A DNA stretch of 64,000 nt from an uncultured candidatus Porisulfidus sp. (lineage in GTDB: Bacteria > Pseudomonadota > Gammaproteobacteria > Poriferisulfidales > Poriferisulfidaceae): the NCBI GenBank assembly GCA_965204575.1, contig OZ241993.1, forward strand, positions 800,001 to 864,000, given 5' to 3'. How positions within the stretch are numbered: the stretch's first letter is position 1; each line of letters opens with the position of its first letter. This document shows, piece by piece, positions 1 to 13,345 of this stretch. The notes beneath the pieces were generated by a model. It was given only the letters and a program-made list of their open reading frames with translations. It had not been told where the DNA came from and did no database searches. The translations under genes and the position numbers were made by a program.

Positions 1-562
<562 letters not shown>

Positions 563-614
563 CTATCATAGCGTATAGGGTCAGTCCCATTCACCAGGCT
601 TCCGGTGGGAAATG

Positions 615-641
615 AAAAGGGGCGCCGTGGGCGCCCCTTTC
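615..641 (-). terminator. Probable Rho-independent terminator after amtB
   Basis: AAAGGGGCGCC-GTG-GGCGCCCCTTT hairpin followed by T-run on minus strand. Confidence 0.75.
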
Positions 642-660
642 CAAGTAACCCGGGTTCGGG

Positions 661-2377
<1,717 letters not shown>

Positions 2378-2582
2378 CTAGCAATGCCCAACGGGCATTG
2401 TTGGATCAGGGAGGCACGCGGAGAAGCAGGACGCGAAAGCATCGTCGTCAAAACACCCGACGGACGCAAATCCAGAATCTCGCAGCGAAGAAGCGATGTC
2501 ATGAATCAATCGATTCGGCCGATGGCCGGTGTTGCCCTCTGAAAATCCTCACCCGGGTTCGATGATCCGGCGAGGCCCCCTG

Positions 2583-3647
2583 TCAGTTGCTGTACTCGTG
2601 ACGCAAATGAGCGACCCGTGTCAGCAATTCGTAGGCTATTGTACCGCCTTTTGCCGCGACCTCGCAAACCGAGACCTGCGGGCCCCACAATTCCACCCAG
2701 TCCCCGGTGGCGGCCTCGCCGTCCGTGAGGTCGATCGCGATGAGGTCCATCGACACCCGGCCCAGGGTCGGAAAACGCCGGGTTCCGATGGCGACCTCCG
2801 TCTGTCCGTTCGAGGCGTGCGGATAACCGTCGGCGTAGCCGGCCTCGACCAGCCCGACCCGCATATCCGAGGCGCAGGTATAGGTCGCTCCGTAGCCGAG
2901 CCGCTCGCCGGCCCGGCAGTCGCGGATCGTCAGCAAGGGGGCTTCCAGGGTCATCACCGGCCGCAGATCGACCGGGGGGCAGTGACCCGGGGTGACGCCG
3001 TACAGCATCAATCCCGGCCGTGTCCAGTCCAGATGGCTTTCGGGGTAACGCAGCACGGCGGCGGAATTGGCGGCCGACCTCTCGCCGGTGCCAGGGATTT
3101 GCGCGAACCGTTCGAGTTGTACGCGGGTGGTGTCGTCGTCGGGATCGCCGGCGCAGGCCAGGTGCGTCATCAGCCCGACCGGGCCCGGATGCCACGGCAG
3201 CGCCTGCAGCCGCGCCAGGCAGGATTCCGCCTGTTCCTGGTTGACGCCAAGCCGGCTCATGCCGGTGTTGACCTTCAGCCAGAGCTGGGGACCCATGCCG
3301 GAGACCTTGGCCTGTTCCAGCAGGGCGAGTTGTTCATTGTCATGGACGACCAGGCACAGGTTTTGCTCGATTGCCGACTCCAGTTCCCCCGGCTCGCGGG
3401 CTCCATGCATCACGATGATCGGGTCCTGGATGCCGCCGTCGCGCAGTTCGAGGGCTTCGTCCAGAGCCGCGACCGCGAAAGCATCCGCCTCCCCTCGAAG
3501 CGCCTGGGCGCAGGCGGGGACCCCGTGCCCATAGGCGTCGGCCTTGATGACGGCCATCAACGAACTGTGGGGGGCCTGCGCTCGCGCCTGCCTGCAGTTG
3601 TGAACCAGATTGGAGAGGGAGACTCGGACCCGGGCGGGCCGGTTCAT
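2583..3647 (-). CDS. alr: Alanine racemase
   Basis: AVIKADAYGHG PLP lysine motif, RPGLMLYG, GYADGY, GRVSMD. Confidence 0.96.
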   Translation of the reverse strand: MNRPARVRVSLSNLVHNCRQARAQAPHSSLMAVIKADAYGHGVPACAQALRGEADAFAVAALDEALELRDGGIQDPIIVMHGAREPGELESAIEQNLCLVVHDNEQLALLEQAKVSGMGPQLWLKVNTGMSRLGVNQEQAESCLARLQALPWHPGPVGLMTHLACAGDPDDDTTRVQLERFAQIPGTGERSAANSAAVLRYPESHLDWTRPGLMLYGVTPGHCPPVDLRPVMTLEAPLLTIRDCRAGERLGYGATYTCASDMRVGLVEAGYADGYPHASNGQTEVAIGTRRFPTLGRVSMDLIAIDLTDGEAATGDWVELWGPQVSVCEVAAKGGTIAYELLTRVAHLRHEYSN

Positions 3648-5074
3648 GAGGAATAGCCGTAGTCTTGCGGGGTTTCGCCTTGGTAGTCGTCCGGGCTGCG
3701 TTGCTCGAACTGGAAGTGACTCTTGGTGAAGTTCAGGCTCATGGAAAAACAGCGGCCGTTTCGGTTTTTTGCCACTTTTAGTTCAGCGTTGGCGATCGCG
3801 GGATTCGGCATATTCTCTTCATCGGTGGCGTTGTACAGGAACATCACGATGTCGGCATCCTGCTCAATGGCGCCGGAGTCGCGCAGTTCCTGCAATTTGG
3901 GCGCGTCGCCCGCTTCGCGCTTGGAGCCTTGGCGGTTGAGCTGCGACAGGCACAGCACCGGCGTTTGCAATTCGTTGGCGAGCGCCTTCAGTTCCCGGGT
4001 GATGACGGCCAGTTCGGCATTGCGGTTGCTTTCATGGCGGCTGTCGCCGGGGATCAGCTGCAGGTAGTCGATGACGATCAGGTCGAGCCTGTTGTTGTGG
4101 CCTGCGCGCAGGCGCCGCGCCATGCGGCGGATCAGCACCGGGGTCGGGGCAGACACTTCGTACACGTACAGATTCGGCTTGGTCAGCAGGCCGAGCGCCG
4201 ATTCGATGTTTCTCCAGTTGGCATCGTCCAGCCGTCCGCTGCGCAGCTTGGTCTGATCGACTTGGGCCACCATGGCCAGCATGCGGTCGGCGAGCTGCCG
4301 GGCCGACATTTCCATGCTGAAGACTGCGACCACGTCCTTTTCATGGCCCGGGATGCCGCCGCCGGCGACGTTGAACGCGATGTTCATGGCCAAACTGGTT
4401 TTGCCCATTCCGGGGCTGGCGGCCAGGATGACCAGTTCACCGGGTTGCAGGCCGGATGTTTCCCGGTCGAAATCGCTGAACCCGGTCGGCGTGCCGGTCA
4501 GCAGTTGCTTGCCGGGATTCTTGCGCACCCATTCCTGACGGGATTCGATTTCGCCGACGGACTTGGTGGACGCTTCTCCGATGCGCACGAAATCGTTGCT
4601 GCCGCGCTTCTCGGCATCGGAGACTTCCAAGATCAGGCGTTCCGCCTCGCTCACAATCGCATCGGAGTCCCGCCCCTGAGGGTCGTTGATTAGCGCGATG
4701 ATGTCGCTGCAGGCCCGGCGCAGCTGGCGTTGCGCCGAGCAGTTCAGGACGATGCGGACGTAATACTCGATGCGCTCGGACGTGAAGTTCTCGTCGGCGA
4801 TGTAGCGGGCGTAATCCAGGATTTCCGGGTGTTCGTGGTAGTCCGCATGGCGCCGCAACTGATCCGAGGCGGTGACCAGATCGACCGGCTTGCCATCATG
4901 CTCCAAGGCGTGGATCGCCTCGAAGATCATGCGGTGGCTGGCTTCGCTGAAATCGCTGACCTGCAGGGTCCGGATCTTGTCCCAGGCGCTTTCGTCGTTG
5001 ATCAGCGCGCCAAGCACCGCACGCTCGGCATCAAGAGGTTCGACAGCGGAAAGAGTCAGGGTTTCGTCAGCCAT
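3644..5074 (-). CDS. dnaB: Replicative DNA helicase
   Basis: Walker A PGMGKT, FSMEM, IDYLQL, LSQLNR, LRDSGAIEQDAD, KNRNG; rplI-dnaB-alr synteny. Confidence 0.96.
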   Translation of the reverse strand: MADETLTLSAVEPLDAERAVLGALINDESAWDKIRTLQVSDFSEASHRMIFEAIHALEHDGKPVDLVTASDQLRRHADYHEHPEILDYARYIADENFTSERIEYYVRIVLNCSAQRQLRRACSDIIALINDPQGRDSDAIVSEAERLILEVSDAEKRGSNDFVRIGEASTKSVGEIESRQEWVRKNPGKQLLTGTPTGFSDFDRETSGLQPGELVILAASPGMGKTSLAMNIAFNVAGGGIPGHEKDVVAVFSMEMSARQLADRMLAMVAQVDQTKLRSGRLDDANWRNIESALGLLTKPNLYVYEVSAPTPVLIRRMARRLRAGHNNRLDLIVIDYLQLIPGDSRHESNRNAELAVITRELKALANELQTPVLCLSQLNRQGSKREAGDAPKLQELRDSGAIEQDADIVMFLYNATDEENMPNPAIANAELKVAKNRNGRCFSMSLNFTKSHFQFEQRSPDDYQGETPQDYGYSS

Positions 5075-5266
5075 CCTGTGTCGGATTCCAAGGGTCTAGC
5101 GGTTCTGGAGACAGGCGCGAGCCTGTTGTGGTTCGTCGCTCTATACTGTCGGGGAAGCCCGCCGTCCTGTCAATAGGAAAACTGGTATAGAAACCTGCCT
5201 ATAACCTGGGGAGAACTTCAGGTCGTCCCGTTCAAAACTTGTGGGCAGGTTTCGGGGGAGGCGGTT

Positions 5267-5827
5267 TCAGGAAGCCGGTTCCTCCGTCGCCGGGGCTTCT
5301 TCTGGTGCGGCCTGCACTTCGTCCGCATCCGAGGCGGCTTTCGTTTCTTCTTCTTCCAGTTCGACCGGAGTTTCGATCTCGCCGCTGGATTCCACGGTGA
5401 CCAGTACAGTGGCCTCGACGTCCGAATGCAGGTGCACCGTGACCGGGTGTTCGCCCAGGCTGCGCAACGGCCCGTCAGGCAGCCGTATCTCGTGGCGTTC
5501 CAGTTCGCCTCCGGCCTCGGTGATGGCCCGTGCGATCTCCCCGGCGCCGACCGAACCGAACAGCTTGCCCTCCTGATGGGTTTCCGCCATGATGGTGACC
5601 TTGAAGCCGTCCAGTTTCGCCTTGCGCTGCTCCGCCCCGGACAGAGCCTCCAGCGCCTTGCGTTCCAGTTCTTCACGATGCGCCTGGACTTCCGCCAGGT
5701 TGGCTTCGGTCGCATACTTGGCCTTGCCGGCCGGGATCAGGTAGTTGCGCGCATAGCCGGGCCGCACGCGGACGACATCGCCCAGCGTTCCAAGCCGTTC
5801 AATTTTTTCGAGCAGAATGACTTCCAT
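5267..5827 (-). CDS. rplI: 50S ribosomal protein L9, with acidic C-terminal extension
   Basis: MEVILLE..LG..GDVVRVRPGYARNYLIP, GKLFGSV. Confidence 0.97.
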   Translation of the reverse strand: MEVILLEKIERLGTLGDVVRVRPGYARNYLIPAGKAKYATEANLAEVQAHREELERKALEALSGAEQRKAKLDGFKVTIMAETHQEGKLFGSVGAGEIARAITEAGGELERHEIRLPDGPLRSLGEHPVTVHLHSDVEATVLVTVESSGEIETPVELEEEETKAASDADEVQAAPEEAPATEEPAS

Positions 5828-5842
5828 GTTGTTTCTCCGGTT

Positions 5843-6754
5843 TCAGGAAATGCCGTTATCGTTTCCTGCCGCCCGTCGCCTCCATCCTATCAGGTCTTCG
5901 GCCGCCCCGAGCGTTGCGGTGACCAGTAGAACTTCCGGCAGGCTGAGCAGCAGGAGGTAAAAAGGAATCAGTACGGCCAGCGGATAGCGTATCCGGTCGC
6001 TCAGGCGGTGCATGGTGGCGATGCCCGGGAACAGGAACGCCGTGATCAGCGTCAGCGACAGGCCCAGCATGAACGGGCTCGGGAACCACCAGGCCATGAT
6101 GACCGTCGCCAGGAAAATGATGTCCGCGACGCGGCCGTAGCGTGTCGCCCGGAATTCAAGCCCGAAAAAGGGTATTTCCGCCAGTGTGCTCTGCCACTTC
6201 CTGGCAAGCAGGAGCAGCAGGGTGGACAGGAGCGCCAGGCTGGCCATGACCACTTCGGCGCCGATCTGGCTCAGCCATTCCGCAGACACCCCCCCGAACG
6301 GCTCGGCACGTTCCGCCTCGAGGGCCGCCTGGCGGAAGGTTTCCAGTGCCGCGATCCAGGCCGCGTCAAGATCCACCGCCAGCAATCCCAGCAGTTGAGC
6401 GCCGGTCCAGGCACCGACGAAGCCGCACAGGATGGCCAGTGACAGGGAATCGCTCAGGCGCAGGATTGTGGCCAGCAGGGCCGGGGTCCCGAGGAAAATC
6501 AGCGGGGACAGAAATGCCATGGCGTGGGCTGCGATCAGGTAGGAAATCGCGGCGCAGGCGATGCCGGACAAGATCAGGATCAGGGCGGCTTCCCGCGGAG
6601 GCCGCACCAGCATCAGGAAAGCGGCGACGATGCCGGCGAACAGGGTGCCGAACAGCAGCAGCGGCACATGCATGGCCAGCAACTGCAACAGGGTCAGGCC
6701 GCCGATGATCGGGATCGGCGGGCCCTGCAGGATCCGCCCGAGCGCAACGAGCAT
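5843..6754 (-). CDS. Multi-pass membrane protein (DUF2232-like)
   Basis: Highly hydrophobic 303 aa at the rpsR-rplI position where such proteins commonly occur. Confidence 0.7.
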   Translation of the reverse strand: MLVALGRILQGPPIPIIGGLTLLQLLAMHVPLLLFGTLFAGIVAAFLMLVRPPREAALILILSGIACAAISYLIAAHAMAFLSPLIFLGTPALLATILRLSDSLSLAILCGFVGAWTGAQLLGLLAVDLDAAWIAALETFRQAALEAERAEPFGGVSAEWLSQIGAEVVMASLALLSTLLLLLARKWQSTLAEIPFFGLEFRATRYGRVADIIFLATVIMAWWFPSPFMLGLSLTLITAFLFPGIATMHRLSDRIRYPLAVLIPFYLLLLSLPEVLLVTATLGAAEDLIGWRRRAAGNDNGIS

Positions 6755-6978
6755 CAGTGGTTGTCGCAGTAGGGCAGCAGGCTCAGGTAACGGGCGCGTT
6801 TGATGGCGGTGGCGAGCCGGCGCTGAAACCGCGCCGGGGTGCCGCTGACCCGGGCCGGCATGATCTTGCCGGTCTCGGTGATGTAATCGCGCAGCAGATC
6901 CAGGTCCTTGTAGTCGATTTCAGACGGGTTGCTGTTCGAAAAACGGCGCGCACTCTCGCGTTTGGGGTTGCTGGCCAT
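6754..6978 (-). CDS. rpsR: 30S ribosomal protein S18
   Basis: [19 protein letters not shown]...[17 protein letters not shown]. Confidence 0.97.
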   Translation of the reverse strand: MASNPKRESARRFSNSNPSEIDYKDLDLLRDYITETGKIMPARVSGTPARFQRRLATAIKRARYLSLLPYCDNH

Positions 6979-6980
6979 GG

Positions 6981-7559
6981 CTACTCCTCGGTTTTGGAGG
7001 GTTCGGCGGCGGGTTCTTCAACCGCGTCCGGTGTTTCTTCCGCCTCGGTGCCGGCGTCGGAATCTGCTTCGGCCTCGGCCTGCGGGCGTTCATCGCCCTC
7101 CGACACGGTTTCTTCAGCCTCGGCGGCTGGCGGGGAGGCTTCCGTTCCTGTCCCGTTTTTGTCTTCAGGCTTGTCTTCGGCAGCCTTTTCGGAAGCTTTC
7201 GGGCTGTCGCCCCATTCGTTCTCTTCCTCGTCTTCCTCTTCAGCCGACTTTGCCAGCGGCGAAGGCTCGGTGACGGCCTCGTCCTGGCGGACGATCAGGT
7301 TGCGCAGCACGGCATCGTTGAACCGGAATGCATGCTGGATTTCTCCCAGCGCTTGCGAATCGCATTCCACGTTCATCAGCACGTAGTGGGCCTTGTGCAA
7401 CTTGTCGATGGAGTAGGCCAGCTGACGGCGCCCCCAGTCTTCGAGGCGATGTACTGCGCCGCCGTGGTCGGTCACCATTTTCGAGTACCGCTCGATCATT
7501 TGCGGTACCTGGTCGCTCTGGTCCGGATAGACCAGAAACACGATTTCGTAATGTCGCAT
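6981..7559 (-). CDS. rpsF: 30S ribosomal protein S6, with long acidic tail
   Basis: [37 protein letters not shown]. Confidence 0.97.
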   Translation of the reverse strand: MRHYEIVFLVYPDQSDQVPQMIERYSKMVTDHGGAVHRLEDWGRRQLAYSIDKLHKAHYVLMNVECDSQALGEIQHAFRFNDAVLRNLIVRQDEAVTEPSPLAKSAEEEDEEENEWGDSPKASEKAAEDKPEDKNGTGTEASPPAAEAEETVSEGDERPQAEAEADSDAGTEAEETPDAVEEPAAEPSKTEE

Positions 7560-7612
7560 GTGCGCTCCTTTCGGGTTGCCAGCCCCCCGTCACTGCGGTG
7601 GGGCAAGGAGGA
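7560..7612 (-). promoter_or_regulatory. Putative S6:S18-binding rpsF leader RNA
   Basis: Minus strand CCTTGCCCC..hairpin..GGCAA..AAGGAG(SD) directly before rpsF, resembling the known rpsF leader motif. Confidence 0.5.
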
Positions 7613-7675
7613 GGAGATTTCAGGCGCGCATTCTAGCAGAACCGCGCCTATGCCGGTTGTCGTACGAGGCAATGC

Positions 7676-7933
7676 TCATGCGGCATCATGTTTCCCGATC
7701 CATTCACGAAGAGCGAGGTCGATCCGCGTTTGCCACCCCCGGCCCCCGGCCTTGAAGTGATCGATTACGTCTGGCGACAGACGAATGGTGGTGGATACCT
7801 TCGGTTTTTCAAGAGGGGGCCGACCCCGGCGAACAGGCACCTTGGCAAATTTTTCCGGCCAATCGCCCTGAGAAAGATCCGGGGCGTCATCCGGGTCAAA
7901 ATCTTGGACTGTAGAGTGCTTTTTCCCGCTCAT
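7676..7933 (-). CDS. brnA: BrnA-family antitoxin
   Basis: DPDDAP, RRGRPP...PK...TIRL.PDV...FKA.G.GWQTRI. Confidence 0.88.
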   Translation of the reverse strand: MSGKKHSTVQDFDPDDAPDLSQGDWPEKFAKVPVRRGRPPLEKPKVSTTIRLSPDVIDHFKAGGRGWQTRIDLALREWIGKHDAA

Positions 7934-8165
7934 TTGCCTTCCTCATGCTGATGATGCGATATACATCATTTCTTGGCGTCCAGACCAGAATCACCATTCT
8001 TTCGTCAAGAAATCCAATAGTGATGAAACGGTCTTCGCCATAGTTTCTCCGGTCATCTTCATCAGTCAGAGTGGTACCTTCGAATACCTCTCCGGCCCGA
8101 GCCATGTCCAGCCCTCTCGCTTCAAGAGTGGCTGCACGTTTTTCCTCGTCGAACTCAATCGACAT
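7896..8165 (-). CDS. brnT: BrnT-family ribonuclease toxin
   Basis: EFDEEK......RGLD, YGEDRFITIG, VWT.R....RIISMRKAN.RE. Confidence 0.9.
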   Translation of the reverse strand: MSIEFDEEKRAATLEARGLDMARAGEVFEGTTLTDEDDRRNYGEDRFITIGFLDERMVILVWTPRNDVYRIISMRKANEREKALYSPRF

Positions 8166-8211
8166 TTATTTTATGTTACCACAATAAATAAGCTTGGCCG
8201 ATCTCATTTCT

Positions 8212-8889
8212 TCACTTCGGTGCCGCCGCAACGGGCGCGATGCTCTTATGGGGCAGGAACAGGCCGCAGCCCAGCAACCGTTCGGGGCCAAGACCTTGGC
8301 GCTGGAGATCCACGGATTGCTCGGGCTCAAGCCCGTCCAGCATCAGGCTACGGCAGTGCAGGGCTCCCCCGCCCCCGGCGACGAGATGGGTGCGGCCCGC
8401 CATCATGCGCGGGGCTTCAATGCCGATTTCCTTCAGTTGCTCGGCGCACAGGCCCAGGAATTCCTCCTCGTCCTCGTTTTCGATCGCGACGTAGCGGGCA
8501 AAAACCGTGCTTTGAGCCTGCAGCGGATGCAGGCGGTTGTCCTCGATGACCATCGGATCCGGGCCGATCTGCAAGGTGACTCCGGACAACTCTCGCGCCT
8601 CCTCAAGCCGGTGGTAGGGCAGCCGCAGGGCCAGCCGGGTGCGTTTCGACAATGGCAGGTAGGTCGTCGGATCTTCCGGCCGGATCCAGCCGTTTCCGGA
8701 TTCGGCTCCATGGATCGTGTGAACGCCAGCAAGTGGTTCGTCCGCAAGCCAGGGCCAGACCGCGAGAAGCGCCGAGCGCAGGTCGCGGGCATGGTCGACC
8801 GGCAAGGCCTTGCAGCGGATTCGGTAGCGGACATCCACCACGTCCGGCGCGACGGCGGGAGGAGGCGTATCCGATTCCTGCCAGTGCAC
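8212..8889 (-). CDS. cas6: Cas6 RAMP-superfamily protein (type I-MYXAN Cas6/Cmx6-like), orphan
   Basis: N-terminal LPVDH, GVHTIHGAESGNGW, LSKRTRL.LRLP, and C-terminal Gly-rich loop LQRQGLGPERLLGCGLFLP typical of Cas6. Confidence 0.82.
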   Translation of the reverse strand: MHWQESDTPPPAVAPDVVDVRYRIRCKALPVDHARDLRSALLAVWPWLADEPLAGVHTIHGAESGNGWIRPEDPTTYLPLSKRTRLALRLPYHRLEEARELSGVTLQIGPDPMVIEDNRLHPLQAQSTVFARYVAIENEDEEEFLGLCAEQLKEIGIEAPRMMAGRTHLVAGGGGALHCRSLMLDGLEPEQSVDLQRQGLGPERLLGCGLFLPHKSIAPVAAAPK

Positions 8890-8891
8890 GG

Positions 8892-9083
8892 TCAGGGACG
8901 GCGGGCCGTGAAGAAGCTTTCCAACTGCTCCTCCCAGTCTTCCGGGGTGTCGGAAAACGGAGGCCGGACGTCCAGGCTGAGGAACCGTTCTCCCGCGTCG
9001 ATGCGTGCCGCAATCAGGTCTTTGAGGCCCTCGAAGGAATCCAGGTCATAGTGGGCGATCAGGAGTTCGCTCAGGGTCAGCAT
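8892..9083 (-). CDS. Small acidic hypothetical protein (63 aa)
   Basis: Fills the gap between the dioxygenase (7-nt overlap) and cas6 (2-nt gap); motif DVRPPFSDTPEDWEEQLE. Confidence 0.78.
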   Translation of the reverse strand: MLTLSELLIAHYDLDSFEGLKDLIAARIDAGERFLSLDVRPPFSDTPEDWEEQLESFFTARRP

Positions 9084-9955
9084 GGGCGGCGGGCGCGATC
9101 CGTGTAGCGGGTCCGGTACAGCAGGCGGGGGTGATCGGCAGAGTCGGTGTAGGCACTCCGGCAGTGCAATACATTATGCGCGATCAACCCGCATCCCGCC
9201 TCCAGGCGCAGGGGGTGTTTCGCCTGCGGCAGGGTTTCCAGTAGCTCTTGGATCCGGGTTCGGGCCGCCTCGGTTTCGGTGTGCCAGCGGATGTGGATGG
9301 CGCGTTCGGTATAGCGCATGTACAGGTGTTCGCCGTCGACCGAAAAGACCGGCCCGCTGAATTCGGCCCGGCGCTCCCGGCCGTCTTCGGCGTGGGCGGG
9401 GACCGTGAAGGCCTCGGGGTGAGCCAACGCCCGGATCAGGTCCGGGTCTTCGTCGCGCAGGGCGATGTACAGCAGGCGCGGGTCAAGCAGTCGGTTGACG
9501 CCGCCTTCGAGCGCCGGCTGGATGCAGTGCAGGATGAAACTGCGGATTTTCTGTGTCTCCGGCTGGTAATACCCGTCGGTGTGCCAGCGCAGCCGGTGGC
9601 GGGTGTACGGGATGAATCGCCCGGCCGTGTCTTCCCGTGCCGTCAACCGTGCCACTCCGTCCGGTTCGGCGCACTGGTGGTGGTCGAGATGCTCGAGTCC
9701 CAGTTGCTTGCCGAAGGCCAGCAGGTCGCGGGGTTCGGGGATCCGGTCCGTGACGTAGCAGGCGGCCCCGCCAGCATGTAGGCGCGAGATCAAGGCGCTG
9801 ATTTCCTGCGCATCCAACTTGGCAGGATTTTGGATTTCGACCGGTGTGAAATCCACCTCGCTTTCGTCGAGGACCTGTTTCCGCCACACACGGTAAGCCT
9901 CTGTGCGGGCGAGATCCCACCAGTCGGGGGGAGGATGGGAGGGAACGTCAGTCAA
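9077..9955 (-). CDS. TauD/TfdA-family Fe(II)/2-oxoglutarate dioxygenase
   Basis: HxD motif in WHTDGYY, LHC..PA.EGG.N.L.D, distal His in NVLHCR; probable TTG start at 9955 overlapping the aminotransferase stop. Confidence 0.85.
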   Translation of the reverse strand: MTDVPSHPPPDWWDLARTEAYRVWRKQVLDESEVDFTPVEIQNPAKLDAQEISALISRLHAGGAACYVTDRIPEPRDLLAFGKQLGLEHLDHHQCAEPDGVARLTAREDTAGRFIPYTRHRLRWHTDGYYQPETQKIRSFILHCIQPALEGGVNRLLDPRLLYIALRDEDPDLIRALAHPEAFTVPAHAEDGRERRAEFSGPVFSVDGEHLYMRYTERAIHIRWHTETEAARTRIQELLETLPQAKHPLRLEAGCGLIAHNVLHCRSAYTDSADHPRLLYRTRYTDRARRPC

Positions 9956-11129
9956 GAAGATCGCGCAGGCGCGAGATGCCTTCCTCGAGAGTCGGCATGT
10001 CGGTGGCGAACGAGACCCGGATGTGGTCGGCCGAGCCGAACGGGAGCCCGGGCACGACGGCAAGGCGCAACTGGTCGAGCAGCAGGGTGGCGAACTCGAT
10101 GTCGGAGGGGCATTCCAGCCGGCGCATGGCTTCGCCGACGTCCGGCAGGCAGTAGAACGCGCCGTCGGGCTTCAGGCAGGTGATTCCGGGCAGTTCGTTG
10201 AGCGCCGTCACGATGTAGTTGCGGCGCTGCTCGAAGGCGGCCACCATGTCGGGCACCGAGGACTGGTCTTCCAGCAACGCGGCACAGGCGGCGGCCTGGG
10301 CGATCGAGGAGGGGTTGGAAGTGCTCTGCGACTGGACGGTCAGCATGGCGTCGATGATGTCCTTGGGCCCGGCCGCATAGCCGATCCGCCAGCCGGTCAT
10401 GGCATAGGCCTTGGAGACGCCGTTGATGAGGAGGACGCGGTCGCTCAGGTCGGGCGCGACCTGGATCAGGTTGCAGAACGGCACGCCGTCGAACCGGATC
10501 AGTTCGTAGATGTCGTCGGACGCGACTCGGACGTGAGGGTGTGCGCGCAGCACCCGGGCAAAGCCCTCGAGATCCTCCCGGTGCAGCATGGCACCGCAGG
10601 GGTTGGACGGGCTGTTGAGGATCAGCAGTTTCGTGCGCGGGCTGATTGCCTGGTCCAGTTGTTCGGCAGTGGGGCGGAAATTCTGCTTCAGGGTGGTCGG
10701 CAGGAACACCGGCTCGCCGCCCGCGAGCCGCACCATGTCGGGATAAGAGGCCCAGTAGGGGACCGGAATGATGACCTCGTCGCCGGGGTCGATCACGGCC
10801 TGCAGGCAGTTGTACAGGACCTGCTTCGCGCCGGCGCTCACCAGGATCTGGTCGGCCTCGAAGTGCAGCTTGTTGTCGCGGTGGAACTTGTGCGCGATGG
10901 CGGCGCGCAGGGCCGGCGTGCCGCCGACCGAGGTGTAGCGGGTCTGGCCGTCGCGGATGGCCTGGACCGCCGCATCGCAGATGTTTTCCGGGGTGTCGAA
11001 GTCCGGTTCTCCGGCACTCCAATCAATGATTTCCTGGCCCGCCGCGCGTAGGCGGCGCGCAGTCGCGGAGACGGCCAGCGTTGCGGAAGGCTCGCAACGT
11101 CCGACCCGTTTCGAAAGGGCGCGTTCCAT
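9948..11129 (-). CDS. Class I/II PLP-dependent (aspartate-type) aminotransferase
   Basis: GEPDFDTP, LNSPSNPCG, SDDIYE, SKAYAMTGWRIGY; start set at MERALS; divergent from uvrB. Confidence 0.93.
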   Translation of the reverse strand: MERALSKRVGRCEPSATLAVSATARRLRAAGQEIIDWSAGEPDFDTPENICDAAVQAIRDGQTRYTSVGGTPALRAAIAHKFHRDNKLHFEADQILVSAGAKQVLYNCLQAVIDPGDEVIIPVPYWASYPDMVRLAGGEPVFLPTTLKQNFRPTAEQLDQAISPRTKLLILNSPSNPCGAMLHREDLEGFARVLRAHPHVRVASDDIYELIRFDGVPFCNLIQVAPDLSDRVLLINGVSKAYAMTGWRIGYAAGPKDIIDAMLTVQSQSTSNPSSIAQAAACAALLEDQSSVPDMVAAFEQRRNYIVTALNELPGITCLKPDGAFYCLPDVGEAMRRLECPSDIEFATLLLDQLRLAVVPGLPFGSADHIRVSFATDMPTLEEGISRLRDLLD

Positions 11130-11196
11130 GGGAAAGTCCGGTGGCGCGTAGTTTACCGCACCTCGACTCGCTATACTGGATAAATTTCCCTGAAAA

Positions 11197-13227
<2,031 letters not shown>

Positions 13228-13345
13228 CGGAGCTGGTGGGTAGCATGTGCGTACAATTGCGGGCTTGACCATGGATTAATCGTTTGTTGTTTTAGCCAAA
13301 GAGATTCCACCACGTGTAGCAAGTTCCATGTAGAAAGGCGGTGAC

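Noticed and set aside
7560-9100. CRISPR array near cas6
   Set aside because: No repeat-spacer pattern in the flanking intergenic DNA or, by eye, anywhere else in the window.
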